From contig OY986947.1 in the NCBI GenBank assembly GCA_963920595.1, positions 4,650,001 through 4,714,000 on the forward strand: DNA of 64,000 bases, written 5' to 3'. This document shows positions 37,903-49,598 of this stretch, piece after piece. The notes under the pieces were generated by a model, which was not told the DNA's origin, did no database searches, and saw only the letters and a list, made by a program, of their open reading frames with translations. This stretch comes from Eimeria praecox. Taxonomy: Eukaryota. Both the position numbers and the translations under genes were made by a program. The first letter of the stretch is position 1. Each line of letters starts with the position of its first letter.

Positions 37903-39528
37903 TTAGAGCTTCTTAACCTTCTTCTCCTTTTCCTTCTTTACAGGGGCAGGGATCACTACTGGGGCCTTAGAAGGCACCTGCTTGCAGATGGTCTCATACT
38001 TGGTCTCTTTGCAAGGATACTGCTGGGGTTTCATGCCCTCGCTGTAGCAAGTCTTGCTGATAACCTGTTGTTGCATGTGGCATTGTTCCTTGTACTCCGT
38101 GCGGGTGCATGGGTATGCCTCTTTTCCTTTAACTTTCCTGTAGCAAACCTGTGGCTGAGAGACCTTCTCACAAACCCTCTCGTTGCATTCGAAGGCGACG
38201 TCGCGCGACACTTTCCTCTTGCAAACTTTAGGCACCATTTTGCACTCTTTAGACTTGACTTCTTTGCTGCAATCGTATGGCTGTTCCTCGGTGAACTGCC
38301 GAGAGCAAGTGTCCTCGTACGGTACTTCCTCAATATGGCATTCTTGTTTCATCTTTGTTTCCATGCAAGGATAGGCCTTCTTCTGAGTGTGGATTCGAGG
38401 GCACATGGGGATCTTGATGCAATTAGGCGCCTCAACGTTCTTCATGCATGGATATGGCTCCATCACGGGAACATCCCGCAAGCAAGTGCTGGGTACCTCG
38501 ACTTCCCTATCTACACATACCTCTCCCATTTTCTTCTTCTTGCATGGAACCTGCTGCTTGGAGGAGACCAGCTGGTAGCAAACTGCTTCCACATTTTCCT
38601 CAACATCTTTGCATACCTCCTGTTTCACCCTCTTCTCGCACTCGTAGTATTCGGTTTTGTCTCCCTTCTTCTTCTCGCACGTTGCTGGAACGGTAACGTT
38701 CTCCATCTTGCACTTCTGAGTCATCTGCTTCTTCTTGCATTTGTAGGGCTTCTGTTCTTCCACTATCTCCTCACACATTTCCGTTACCTTTTGAGGCACT
38801 ACTTCGCAGTCCCTGCGCGTTTCCCGTTTCGTGCAGGGGTATTCTTGCTGAGCCATTACCTGTCTCTCGCAAGTGGATTCGACCTCCTGCATCACCATGG
38901 TGCACTTCTCTTCAAAGCTCACAGCTCCACTCTCCTCTTTGCCTTTGCAGGGGACCAGCTCTTGCTGACTTTCCTCCCGGAAGCAGGTACTTTCGTACTC
39001 TTGGGGCACCTCCTGGCAAACTTTCTGCTTCTTGTGCTTCATGCAGGGGTAGTTTTCCTTAGAGTTCTTCTTTTTAAAGCACGTCTGAGGTATCTTCTTG
39101 ACAACAGTCTCGCACTGCTCTTCCTCGCAGCCATATTCCTCCTGTTCCGTGATGGTCTTGAAGCACTGCTTAGGCACCATTTTGCACTCCTCTTTCTTCA
39201 CCTCCTTCTTGCAATCGTAAGCCTCCAAGGCATTGGTTGGCTTGTAGCAGGTGTCGGCAACCTCCATGGGTACCTTCTCGCACACCTGTTTCTCAACTAC
39301 CTGAGGACAGACGTATGCCTCCTTAAAAGGAACATTTTCGAAGCAAACCGAGTCCACTTGGACTGGGATAGTCTGGCAGATTTCCTGAGGAGGAGGTGGA
39401 CCTTTGGACTTGGAATACACAGGAGTTTTCTTTCCATCATGAACTGGATGCATGAAGGCTGCAGAAACCGTCTCAGGCGTCATAACCGCCACAGAGGCGG
39501 CGAGCGCCGCCAGCACGAGGCGGGTCAT
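37903..39528 (-). CDS. Intronless secreted cysteine-repeat protein (541 aa, 46 Cys, C-x10-C-x11-C-x8 period)
   Basis: Single ORF, signal peptide MTRLVLAALAASVAVMTPETVSA, regular Cys spacing, recurrent VP and YxC motifs. Confidence 0.92.
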   Translation of the reverse strand: MTRLVLAALAASVAVMTPETVSAAFMHPVHDGKKTPVYSKSKGPPPPQEICQTIPVQVDSVCFENVPFKEAYVCPQVVEKQVCEKVPMEVADTCYKPTNALEAYDCKKEVKKEECKMVPKQCFKTITEQEEYGCEEEQCETVVKKIPQTCFKKKNSKENYPCMKHKKQKVCQEVPQEYESTCFREESQQELVPCKGKEESGAVSFEEKCTMVMQEVESTCERQVMAQQEYPCTKRETRRDCEVVPQKVTEMCEEIVEEQKPYKCKKKQMTQKCKMENVTVPATCEKKKGDKTEYYECEKRVKQEVCKDVEENVEAVCYQLVSSKQQVPCKKKKMGEVCVDREVEVPSTCLRDVPVMEPYPCMKNVEAPNCIKIPMCPRIHTQKKAYPCMETKMKQECHIEEVPYEDTCSRQFTEEQPYDCSKEVKSKECKMVPKVCKRKVSRDVAFECNERVCEKVSQPQVCYRKVKGKEAYPCTRTEYKEQCHMQQQVISKTCYSEGMKPQQYPCKETKYETICKQVPSKAPVVIPAPVKKEKEKKVKKL

Positions 39529-41225
39529 TGTATGTGGGTATACTTGGGGATAAATCCTTTACAAATCCCGAAATTATACCTGTTATCAAAATTTGAAAGC
39601 AACAGCTCTTTTTCGGAGAAAAATGCAGCCTGGCAATCGTCCACTTTCATCCTGCTGCCGCCGACGGGTGACCGTCTCGGCGGGGGGCGCGGAAGGTGAC
39701 AGCGCCTATCAACCGCTCCTTGCCTTTCTCCGCCTATGGTCTATTACTGCTCGTATAGACTTTTAAATTCCCAAAATGCATCATTTAAAGTTAAAAATTT
39801 CCTCTTCTAAGCTGAAACTCCTATTGAACCACGCTGCCAACCACGCTGTCCGCAACGGGGTCACCCCACAGCGACAATCCGCATTCCATAGCTCATAGTA
39901 GCCTCTTCACCAGGATAATTAAATACACCACATGCATACTAATTTACCATGAATTCGCTTTGCACCAAATGAGGGAAGTCATAGGCTTACACGTACGGCG
40001 CATGAGGTACCACGCCGGGTAACCATGCTCATTATCTTCTAGTTCCCCAACAATAGCAATACAGCCGAGCGCAGAAGGTCAGTACACTTTGTGCTACTCC
40101 ATACACCCATTGCATTTATGGTTCCCAACGAAAAGGGGCCTTACCCATTGAACTGAGCTCAAACCATTACGCCAATCACACAGCCAACATACTGCAATTG
40201 CTGAGCGCATAACTTGTCAGGGCAGGGAACCACCGGCCAAAGCCACATAGATAAAGCTTCTACACAACACGGCGGAACAACACAACGCATTCGTTGTGAC
40301 AGCCTTTTGCTTCAAGGATGCCGCTTCTCTACACCCTGTCCCATCTGCAGGCGAAGCACCGACGCTAGGAACTTGTCGGAGCGAACACAATGGCGGCATA
40401 CGGCATGACCGTTCAGCGATAGGCACGCGTTCAAGAAATATTCTTTTCCGAGCAGGAGAAATACAGTGCTTCGTGCAGCAACCACCAATTACCTATTTCC
40501 TGCACACCCGCTGGAGAGTTCTGCGTAATTATAAAGGCTCACGAAGAAATACGGGAAGAAGCGTTCCGGCCGAAGCTGTATAACCGCTCTCGAGCCAGAA
40601 GGAAACTCACGTTCCTCACATTTACACCTATCAAAGCTATATATAGAGAGCTACCAGAAACTTAGAAAGGGGTTCAGGTGTTTCATGTTTGCTGACATCA
40701 TTGCGAGGCATCTAGCGCCCCATAGAAACTTGTGGTTCATTCTCCGCTTGTGCTGATAAAAGGATCTGGAAGCAACGCTTGTAGATCCGGCCAAAAGGTG
40801 GCAGGACAGTATGTGTCCTTGCATGGCATGAAGTGCCAAGAACCCTCATATGTGCAGCCAAGCGGACGCAAAAGCATTGAACAGTCAATGTTCGACACAC
40901 AAGATGCCACTAGTTTACATTATTGCGCACTGCGCAAGCACGTATCGACGGAGATGCTGCCGAGCATAACTTGAAATGTTCGCAGAACCACGAAAGGACA
41001 TCGGCTTGCATGCCACGGAAAGTCTTTCTTCCCCACCAGAGTCCACTAGTACCGTCCTACGAAGCTTCCGGTGATGAACACCAAGATCGCATAAGGGCAG
41101 CCGCCAGGCTTGGCCCTCAATGGCTCACTTGTGTCATCGACCACCATAGCCACAAGAGTAGCGTTTAGGTACGGGCATCCCACACACGCCTAGCCGTCAT
41201 TGGGGAAGTCAGTGCCGGGGGGTTA

Positions 41226-44200
41226 TCAAGGACCTTGAAAAGCTGGCTCCGGGTTGGAGGCCTTTCTGGTCGTCGTGGCCCCTTTACCTTGAGGAAGGGA
41301 AGAATTCATTGCCGCTGCAGGTTGTGAAGCCGCACCAACAGTTTTGTCTGAAGACGAAGTCCCTCCTGGGGTGCGTGGGGAGGCAGTAGCCGGCTTCTTG
41401 ACAACGCGGCGGCAATAACTGACCTGCCGAGTAGGTCCGTCGCGGTGTGTCTTTGTGTAGTCGATCGTTACATGGCGAGTAAATGGCCCAATATTATCAA
41501 ATCCGTTGCCGTAAAGGCTTAGCTTCGACAGGCCAGGAGAGCGGTGTATTAAGGCATCCAGCATATTCTTCATGCTGTCCAACGATATAGCAGTTGCTTG
41601 GAGCTCCAGAGCCGTGATGAAGGGGAACCTCTTCGGTTCAGATGTTATGCGTTTGGTCAGAGCTTCAGCAAATGTGTCACCAAGGCCGCATGCATTGAGA
41701 CACAAATTCTGAATGCGGCACTCCAAGAGCTTGTAGACAAAACCTGCGGTTGCTTCAGTATCGCCAAGGGGGTTCCCATCTAGCACCAAACTAGCGCAGT
41801 TCTTTGCGCTGCCACAGAAAGCGACTACATTGGACATGTCACCTTGAGGTGTAACAAGGTTAAAGGACAAATCTAGGAAAGTGAGTTCACTTTTGCAGAA
41901 AGCATCTTTCGGGAAGCGCCGCACCGCCTCAACGTCCAACTCCATATTGCTCATATCCACACTTTTGAGACGATAGTCTATTGAAACTGCCAAAAATAGG
42001 CGTGCAAACTGTCCTGGGGCTAACTGGCGGCCTCCCAGTTCAAGACTTCTTCTGAAGCAGCTGGTGCAGTACTGGCCCACTCCAGGGTGGAGCGCCTCAT
42101 TTGAGCTTCTCCCAATGCTGTCGCACGCTACTCCCACTTGCCTGCAGCACGTAAATATAGGTGAACAGTTCGTCAATAATCTCGCAACGGAGCAAAACCA
42201 CTTGTCAAACAACGGCGCTCCTCCGTACCACGGATGCCTGCGTTATTGTGCACTTTGCAGCAGTGTCATTTAGCTGGCAAAGTGCTCAAGAGGATAAAGG
42301 GACTACCTGCTTTGTAGGCTATTCTCCAAAACCTAACTGGCAATATCTCACCTTATTCTGAGCACTCTAAACCATTCCTGCAAGTAATCATCAGAATCGG
42401 CCTGGAGCACCCAAGTCTCCGAACTCTCCCTTGAAACTAAGTCGCTGGACAGAATCTTTTTGCCAGTCACAGTAAGTTTTGAAGCGGTTAACGAAACGGA
42501 TGTCAAGAAAATGCCCTCCAGTCCGTTCCCAAACGAACGAGCAAGCGATTTGGGAGGCAGCCCAGCTGACTGTTTGCTTGTCACGGCAGCTAGGGAACTG
42601 GGTCTTGGCGGAGCGGAGTAGCGGAGGAGAGCTGGACCTCTGACTTCGAAGAATGCCAGGAAAAGAGACGTGGATGCCACTTTCGGGGGGGAGCTCGGAT
42701 CAGGCTGATCGACTTCGACAAACAGCCTACCGCTGAATACGGCAGGCAACGATAGGCACCTTTCTGGCAATTCCATTTCGTTCAGTGACCGAAAAGGAAA
42801 GCTTGGGTAGTTTCTGGATAGTTGCGCCTGCCTCATCTGTGGCACTTGAGTAAGAACGTTTTGAAGTGCCTCGGTGTCAAGTGCGGGTATGTTAGGGAGG
42901 CACAGGACCTTCAAGCGGGGTAGTGTTTTAGCCACAGCTTCAGCAACAACCTTCAATCCCTCCACCGATATGTCATTTTCTCCAAAACTGACTATCTTGG
43001 GCACCAAGCCTGGATTTCTGACGTTCTCCAGCTCCCTGGCGATACGATGGCAGTCCTCGTCCACAATAGCTGTGCGCCTCAAGTCCAAAAATATAGGATC
43101 TGGATCTGCTATGAAATTTGCAATGCGCTGGGCTGCGGTTGAATCCCCAGCAATGTTATTTTCCGCAAGGCAAAGGTGAGAAACTCTTAGGTTATTGCAG
43201 AAGTCGCCCAAACATGTCAGCGCGGTGGAGCCAAACAAGTTCGCCGTGAGGTCAAGCGTTCTCACCTTGCACGAAATGTTCTGCAAGGATGCTGCTAATC
43301 CATCTGAATCCATGCCTCTCCACCCACAGCACAAGGAATCCAAATAGGGCACCTTTATTGAGGTAAAAATTGCCTTGTCTACTTCTTTGTGGTGTGGAAC
43401 CCCCTGAAGTACGATTTCCCTGGGGCCAGGACTCCACAGACTAGCCACAATTGGAAGCATGGGTGCCCTACCGGCGTCCCTACATGCTGAAAGATAGCGA
43501 AAAAATGCCTTGCGCCCATTGAAGACCGTTAGCCACTCTGCTGTTTCGGAATCCGTGTCTGCACTAAGGAATCCACTGAAATACGCTTTATCACGCAAAG
43601 CAAGTTGCTCCCTTGAGAACAATGCTGAATCTACTTCCGGAGGAAAAGCCGCTGTTTCCTGAACAATGCGGGCGTTTACTTTGATGGCTTTGTATGGCGC
43701 TCCGGAACCCCCGGACATCAAATCCGCATCCTGCACTTCCCCTGTGTTATCCAATGCGAAAGCACATAAGTATTTCCACTCCTGGGGAGACACTTCAGAC
43801 ATCTCTGGTGCTTCCCTCTTTCTACAAAGATCAGACAATTTGAATCTCTTCTTCGGATGGATGTTCTCCGGTGAGCAGTAAACCAAAATAACGGGTCCTC
43901 GTGCCTCCAGCATGAGGAACATCCTGATTTGCTCCTGCATTCCACTAGCTCTACTTCGCATCGCTGGCAATGCACGAGTCCCAAATTTGCGTGGACGCAT
44001 CGTAGATGCTTGGCGGGTTTCTAGAAGCATCCGGCCGCAGTAGTCCACAGGAAGTCTCATCCATTCTTCCAGTGAATCAGGCACGGCCTGATACTCCAAC
44101 GCAGCATATTCTGAACGCTTGAAAACAGGATGCTCTGTTGACTCGTAGCTACTTGCTGAAACTGATGATATCGTATCATCGCAGCTGCTTATTTCGCTCT

Positions 44201-47200
44201 CCTCCTCTTCGCCCACCGATTGATCCTCGTCTTCTCGCTCTCCCTCTTCGCCTTCCTCTCCCGGGCTCTCCTCCTCATCTTCCGATATGCTTTTCACGCC
44301 TCTTCCTTCCAAGACCTTTGCCAGCATCCCTGCTGCCCCACTCTGTTGCATTTTCAGCATTTCCCTAACGCGTTCCCTTCGCTTTTCGTCTTCAATCTGC
44401 TCCTCTGTTCTCCAGATTGGCTCGTCCGCCTCCGGAGGGGGAGCCACTGCCTCCCTACGTTCCTGAACGCCAAGCCACAAGAGCCTTCACAAAAGCACTT
44501 GTTTTCAAGAACTGTTCCGGCTGCATCCTGGGCTGTGCCTGTGGGCGCGGGCCCAGGAAAAAGTTTCATGCATGGCCTTCGTGCTTTGCAAACCACCCTC
44601 AGATATTAATAAGCATGCCGCTCATACCTTTTTCAAGTGCTTTTCCACTTTCTTCTTACGTCCCGTGAGCTCCGCTATTTGCTTTTTGATGCGCTTCATT
44701 TCTTCGATATCTTCTGCGTTCGACCGCTTCCGGAGTTGCCGGTAGGTCTTCTTCAACTGTTCAGCAGTCACTACCTGCTCAGGAGCTTCTGGAGGCTTCT
44801 CGTGTGTTTCCTCAGGAGATCCTGGCGGTTCAGGGGGCCGCTCATCAGTCTGTGGCTTCCCTTGTTCTAGAGTGGCCGCAGCAGCCATTTCCCGCTCACG
44901 GCCTTCTCGTAGTCGCTTTGCAATCTCAGCATCCTCCGCTTCACGTCGTCTTCGAAGTTCCTCTTCTTCGCGCTCCTTTGCCTCCTTAAGCGCCTCTGTC
45001 ACGCACAGTACAGGCACTTCGTGTGTCCACATGGCCCGCTCTAGCCGGCTGCAATTTTTGTTCCCTGCACTGGCCTTCATCCTTTTTAGCAAAACCCTGT
45101 CAGCTACGTGGTCCCTGTTCGAATTCTTGCAGGTCAGTGCTTACTTTGAAGGTCAAATATGGAACGCTGCTTCTTGTTGGCGAGGATCGCCTGGCGTACG
45201 TCCTCCAGCTTTGCCTCTTTGATATAATAACCAGGTGATATTTCGTTTGCCGGATATTTCCACTTGCGTAGGAGTTCGTTCTGTCGTTCTGTAAATTGCG
45301 GGTCTCTGGCATGAATAGGTTCATTTACGATCATCTTGAGATGCAGCTTTTCGTCTTCCCATGGGTTCTTGTAGTCTAGCTTGTGTGTCTGGCGCTGAAG
45401 TGCAACGAAGCCACCAGCCACCAGCTCCTCAACGTTTCTAATTTCCTTAGCGCTCATGCTTGCAAGCGCCGCTTCCGTGATTTGGGAGGCCCCCGAGCGC
45501 GGATCTGTGGGCATCGCCTCGACTATTGAGCAAGCCTCCGATTCTTTCGGGATGGCATACAGCACTGCTGCTGCAGGTGGCACCGACATTCGGCTATCTT
45601 GAGATTTTGACAGGCGGGAAACGAACGCAGGAATGGCAGCAGGGTAGCTGTTGTTGTTCGCATCGTGAGGATACCCTGTGGTCGGAAGGAAGTTTCGTGA
45701 CAGCTCCTCCAAACTTGGGGTCGCGTCGACAAGGTCCTCCGGTGGTGTAGGCGTGCTATGATAGACCTCGTAAGACGGCTTATCAACCGTATCAATGATC
45801 TTCTCATGGATGCATTCAGAAGCTTCTTCTTCACTTATAAAAGAATCTTCAACCACGTCTGAAGACGTGGGCAAGAGGGACCTTGAGAGGCAGACAAGGT
45901 CTGCGTTTGGCATCGATTGTGGGGCACGAATATGTGGTCTTCCCCGAAGCGCCCGTAAACCCTGCATACCTTTCGAACAAGTAAGAGCAATGGGTTCTTC
46001 TGTCGGCTGTGGCAAATAAAGAGTAGGATCCTCCGGATGTTGTGGACGAGATCCGCCTTCACCTGGTTTGTTTCCGTCCCTCTGGTTCCTGCGGGCTTCG
46101 GCTGCCTCGATGTCTTTTAACAAGCGAGACGGGCGACTCATCTCCTTAGGTGCAACAGCCGAGTTCTGAGGCTTGGGCTCTACTGAAGAAAACTTCACTC
46201 CTCCATTTAGAGTCCTCAGCTTTAAAGAGCATCGAGATATGAGCTCGTTGACAAATGAGTCACCGGCAGATTCGTGTGTACCCTTTGACGACGCATCAGA
46301 TGCTGAGCACGGCAAGGCACCGCTAGCGCTTGCTCTCTTTTGAGTGTCATGAGAGTCGTGCTCACGCTGGATCTGCTGGAGGCGCTCCGTTAGTTGCTTC
46401 AGCTGGTCCTCAGTCTCTTTCGTTCCACTGGAACTGGCCTGCTGTTGCGAAGGCGAGCTCGGCAAATCAAACGTAACCTTCTTGCCACCCGTTGCTGCCA
46501 TCCTCTCGGTTTTCGAAGGTGTGTCGGCCGGCCCTAAGGGCTTTTCTTCTGCTTTCATAGCTTTGGCCTTCTCCGCCTCCCGCTGCTTCCTCCATTGTTG
46601 GTTGGTGGGCTGCTGCAGCTGCTGTATTGCTCCTCTTTTAAAACCTGGTCTCACTGCGTCCAGCATGAGATTTTCGACAACCGAGTCTTGAGAAAGCTGC
46701 TCGAACGACTTAAAGAGGGCTTTTTCCTGGATGTCTACTACATTCTCCATAGGGATGCCACCTGGATATACTGAGATGTCCTCCGCAGCGTACTGCATAG
46801 CTGCTCTTGGTGCAGTTCTGACTTGCTCCTCAGACAGTGAAAGAGGGCGTGGAGGGGCCATAGGGAGTCCCGAAGGATCTGGCGGCAACGGAACTCCGTT
46901 GCTGTCTGCAGGAGCTCCCGAGGGTTCCTTTGGCCTAAGCTTTACTTTTAAGGCTGTCTGACCCTTTCCAGCGTCACTAAAGAGGGCAGGGTCATGCCAG
47001 AGGCCGGACAAAGGCAGCTCTTCCGAGGCTGGAAAAAACCGATATTTTTCAGATGTTCCCTCCACCCTCACAAAAGGAGCTGTTAATTGCTCCGTCTCTC
47101 CAGCAAGCAGGCGTGCGTCGCTAGGATTCAACCGAGAGATCAATTGTCTTGGCAGAGTATCACCCCCCATGAATGTTTCCACTGCTGGAAGTCCTCCTGC

Positions 47201-47201
47201 A
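41226..47201 (-). CDS. Large protein: disordered N-terminus, coiled coil, then two PH-like plus leucine-rich-repeat modules; 5' end uncertain
   Basis: Phase-consistent exons ~47201-45145, 44995-44628, 44462-42352, 42141-41226. LRR units LDLTANLFG, LCLAENNI, LDLSFNLV, LVLDGNPLGD, LCLNACGLGD, LSLYGNGF. PH-type end helices LSADTDSETAEWL and LQADSDDYLQEWF. Confidence 0.8.
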
Positions 47202-49598
47202 CTGCAGAAACACACGAGCAAGTGTATGAAAAGAGGACAGTGGAGGAGCGAGGCACGAAGCAAAAGCTACGGCGGAACAAGCTTGCCACTAGAATCCGTT
47301 AATGCCGCTCAAGCAATGCATCTTGCAAGAGCTAACAGTCACACGAGAATGGAAGAGCCAAGTGAAAAGCTGCTCAAAAGGAGAAAAACCCACGCGATTG
47401 TGGACGGATTTGTTGGGTGCCATAATTCAGGTTCTGTCTCTTGTGTGGCTGGCGGGGTAGGCAGCGTCCACGTGATCTCCTGGCGGAGAGGAGGAAACAT
47501 CTCCGCCTCATCTCTTTCTGAGGACCAACGTGCATGTTCACACAAGAATCATCGGAGTGGTATTGCACGTCCTAGCGAGCTTTTTTGTTAGCTTGATGCA
47601 TCTACCCCGAAGTCAGGGACCCAAGAAGACAGTTCACTGACCTGTGAGCAAGCTGAGATCTCGGAGTTGGTCGAATTTCGTGGAGGACTGCCAGTTTCCC
47701 TGTAGTAGATTATTAGAGCCGTCCATGAAGCGGTTATACTGGGTTGTTGAATTCTCTTGCGGCATTGTTGCTGCATCGCAGATAGAACGTTCCCCGCAGG
47801 CTGGCCTGTTTCTATACCGGTAAACAGCTGACGCTTGAGGAGCAGGGCTGAACAAAACTCTGTTGGTACCAATGCATCAGCAATCAATTAATGCACTCTG
47901 CCCTACAAATGTCTATGCGGAATCTCACGTGCTGCAGCTCGCGGATCGAACTTGACCCTCGTAGTCGTCCGCCGAAAGGCCTCTGGAAACAGAGCACAAA
48001 CTCCAGTCAAAGGGAGCGGATTTATGGGGTGATTGATCGAGAGAAAATCATCACAGGCCTGATATTCAGCTCTCTGGGGTTGCGGCGCATTTCCTCCTCC
48101 ACCGAGTTGCAAGGGGGTGCACAGACATACCTGCATACTGTTCCATCAAACTGCCGCCCTTCAGGGGGCGACCCACTAGGGGTGATTCGGAAGAATCCAT
48201 TTTCACGCTATTACTGCAAAATGAGGGAAGGAGTTCGATATTTCAATGGCTTTCTTCTACTGAGACTCCAACAACCGGCAGCGGTGGTGAGGCAGCGGCT
48301 CGCGCGCAGACACCATGTTGGGCTTTCTCCCTATCCTTTTACGCAAGACAACCGAAAGGGTACATAAAAATAAAGAAGATGCTGAAATTTCAGTAGCAGC
48401 ATGCCCCGCAATGCTTTCAGAGGAACCCAGGCTCCCCAGTGGCCATCCCGCCTCCCGCTCGCTTTGTTTCAAAGGGCTCAAAGACACCGGCTATTTCTCC
48501 AGAAAAAGCTGTATCACGCTCATTTTCTACTGCTAATTAAAACCGAAACTGAGAAGCGAAGCGTTTGTGAGAGGAGTCAGGCAAAGACCGTTCCTGCGCT
48601 AGTTAGCGGCTACAGGGCTGGACCATTCGCCAAGCCTCATGAGTTTGCATGCACTCGAGTATGCGCAGTCAAATGCAATGTTGTCTGTAATTCACTTAAA
48701 TTTGACAAACTTCCTATATACCAACTGCTCAGTCCCCAGCATGCTACGCATGCCATCGCATGCACTCCCTGAACTACGACTCGCTACGCCCCTGCTCAGT
48801 GGTCTGCATTTAAGAGCATACTCTCCCACAGAGCCACACTTCCCAGCGCTGCCAGCGCTGCTAGTATTCAACTAGGCAGAAATGCTACTACTAAAGGTAT
48901 TAACATTTTAAGGATGTTTTTCCAGTGTTATCCGGTGGGATTCGAGTCCGCCTCGTCCCGCTTAGGCTCATGCGCCCATTAAATGGTTAAACCTTATGGG
49001 AATACGAGGCAACCCATGAACAGCAGCGTCAAAGATATGCACATGAAACGCATCTACGCTCAATGAAGAGCATGAGCTAGCCGAAAGAGACCTCTGCAAA
49101 TCCCCAATGACCTGTGTTTTTCGAGGTTAGTGCGCCGCTCGCTCTCAAATCGCTAGGCTTTCCACTTCTTCGACGGCAACGTTGAGAAAAGATGCCATCG
49201 TAGCCCATAATCTCCGCGCCGTCGACAATAAAATTCCTCTTCAATCACAGGTGTTCATCAACTGCTGCAGCAGCTTTGGAGGACACAATGGAGGGGTGTT
49301 TCCGGATAATGAATATCGAGAGCTTAGAAAATAACTCGATGCCACATTAAGAAGCACACAGCCGTGCCTCAGCGGGAGCTGCTACATGCAAATGACATTA
49401 CTCCTTGCGGGCGTCTTTGAAGATTGTCTTCGCACGATTGTCGGTTGCTAATTCGCAGAGTGCGCGCCACGACAGTTTCAATAGTTTCATAAAACAAAAA
49501 CCCGTACACTGGATGATGCGTATGGCTGCCAACTGCTGTCCCACGACTTAACACTAGAATTCATGCTACGTAAAAGCCCAGCTGCAGCTCCCCAGCGA

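Noticed and set aside
38068..39699. 543-aa antisense ORF over the Cys-repeat gene
   Set aside because: Leu/Phe/His-rich mirror of AAG/GAG/TGC codon bias; no independent features.
48931..49000. tRNA T-arm-like GGACTCGAATCCCACC on the minus strand
   Set aside because: No convincing acceptor stem, D-arm or anticodon arm could be built.
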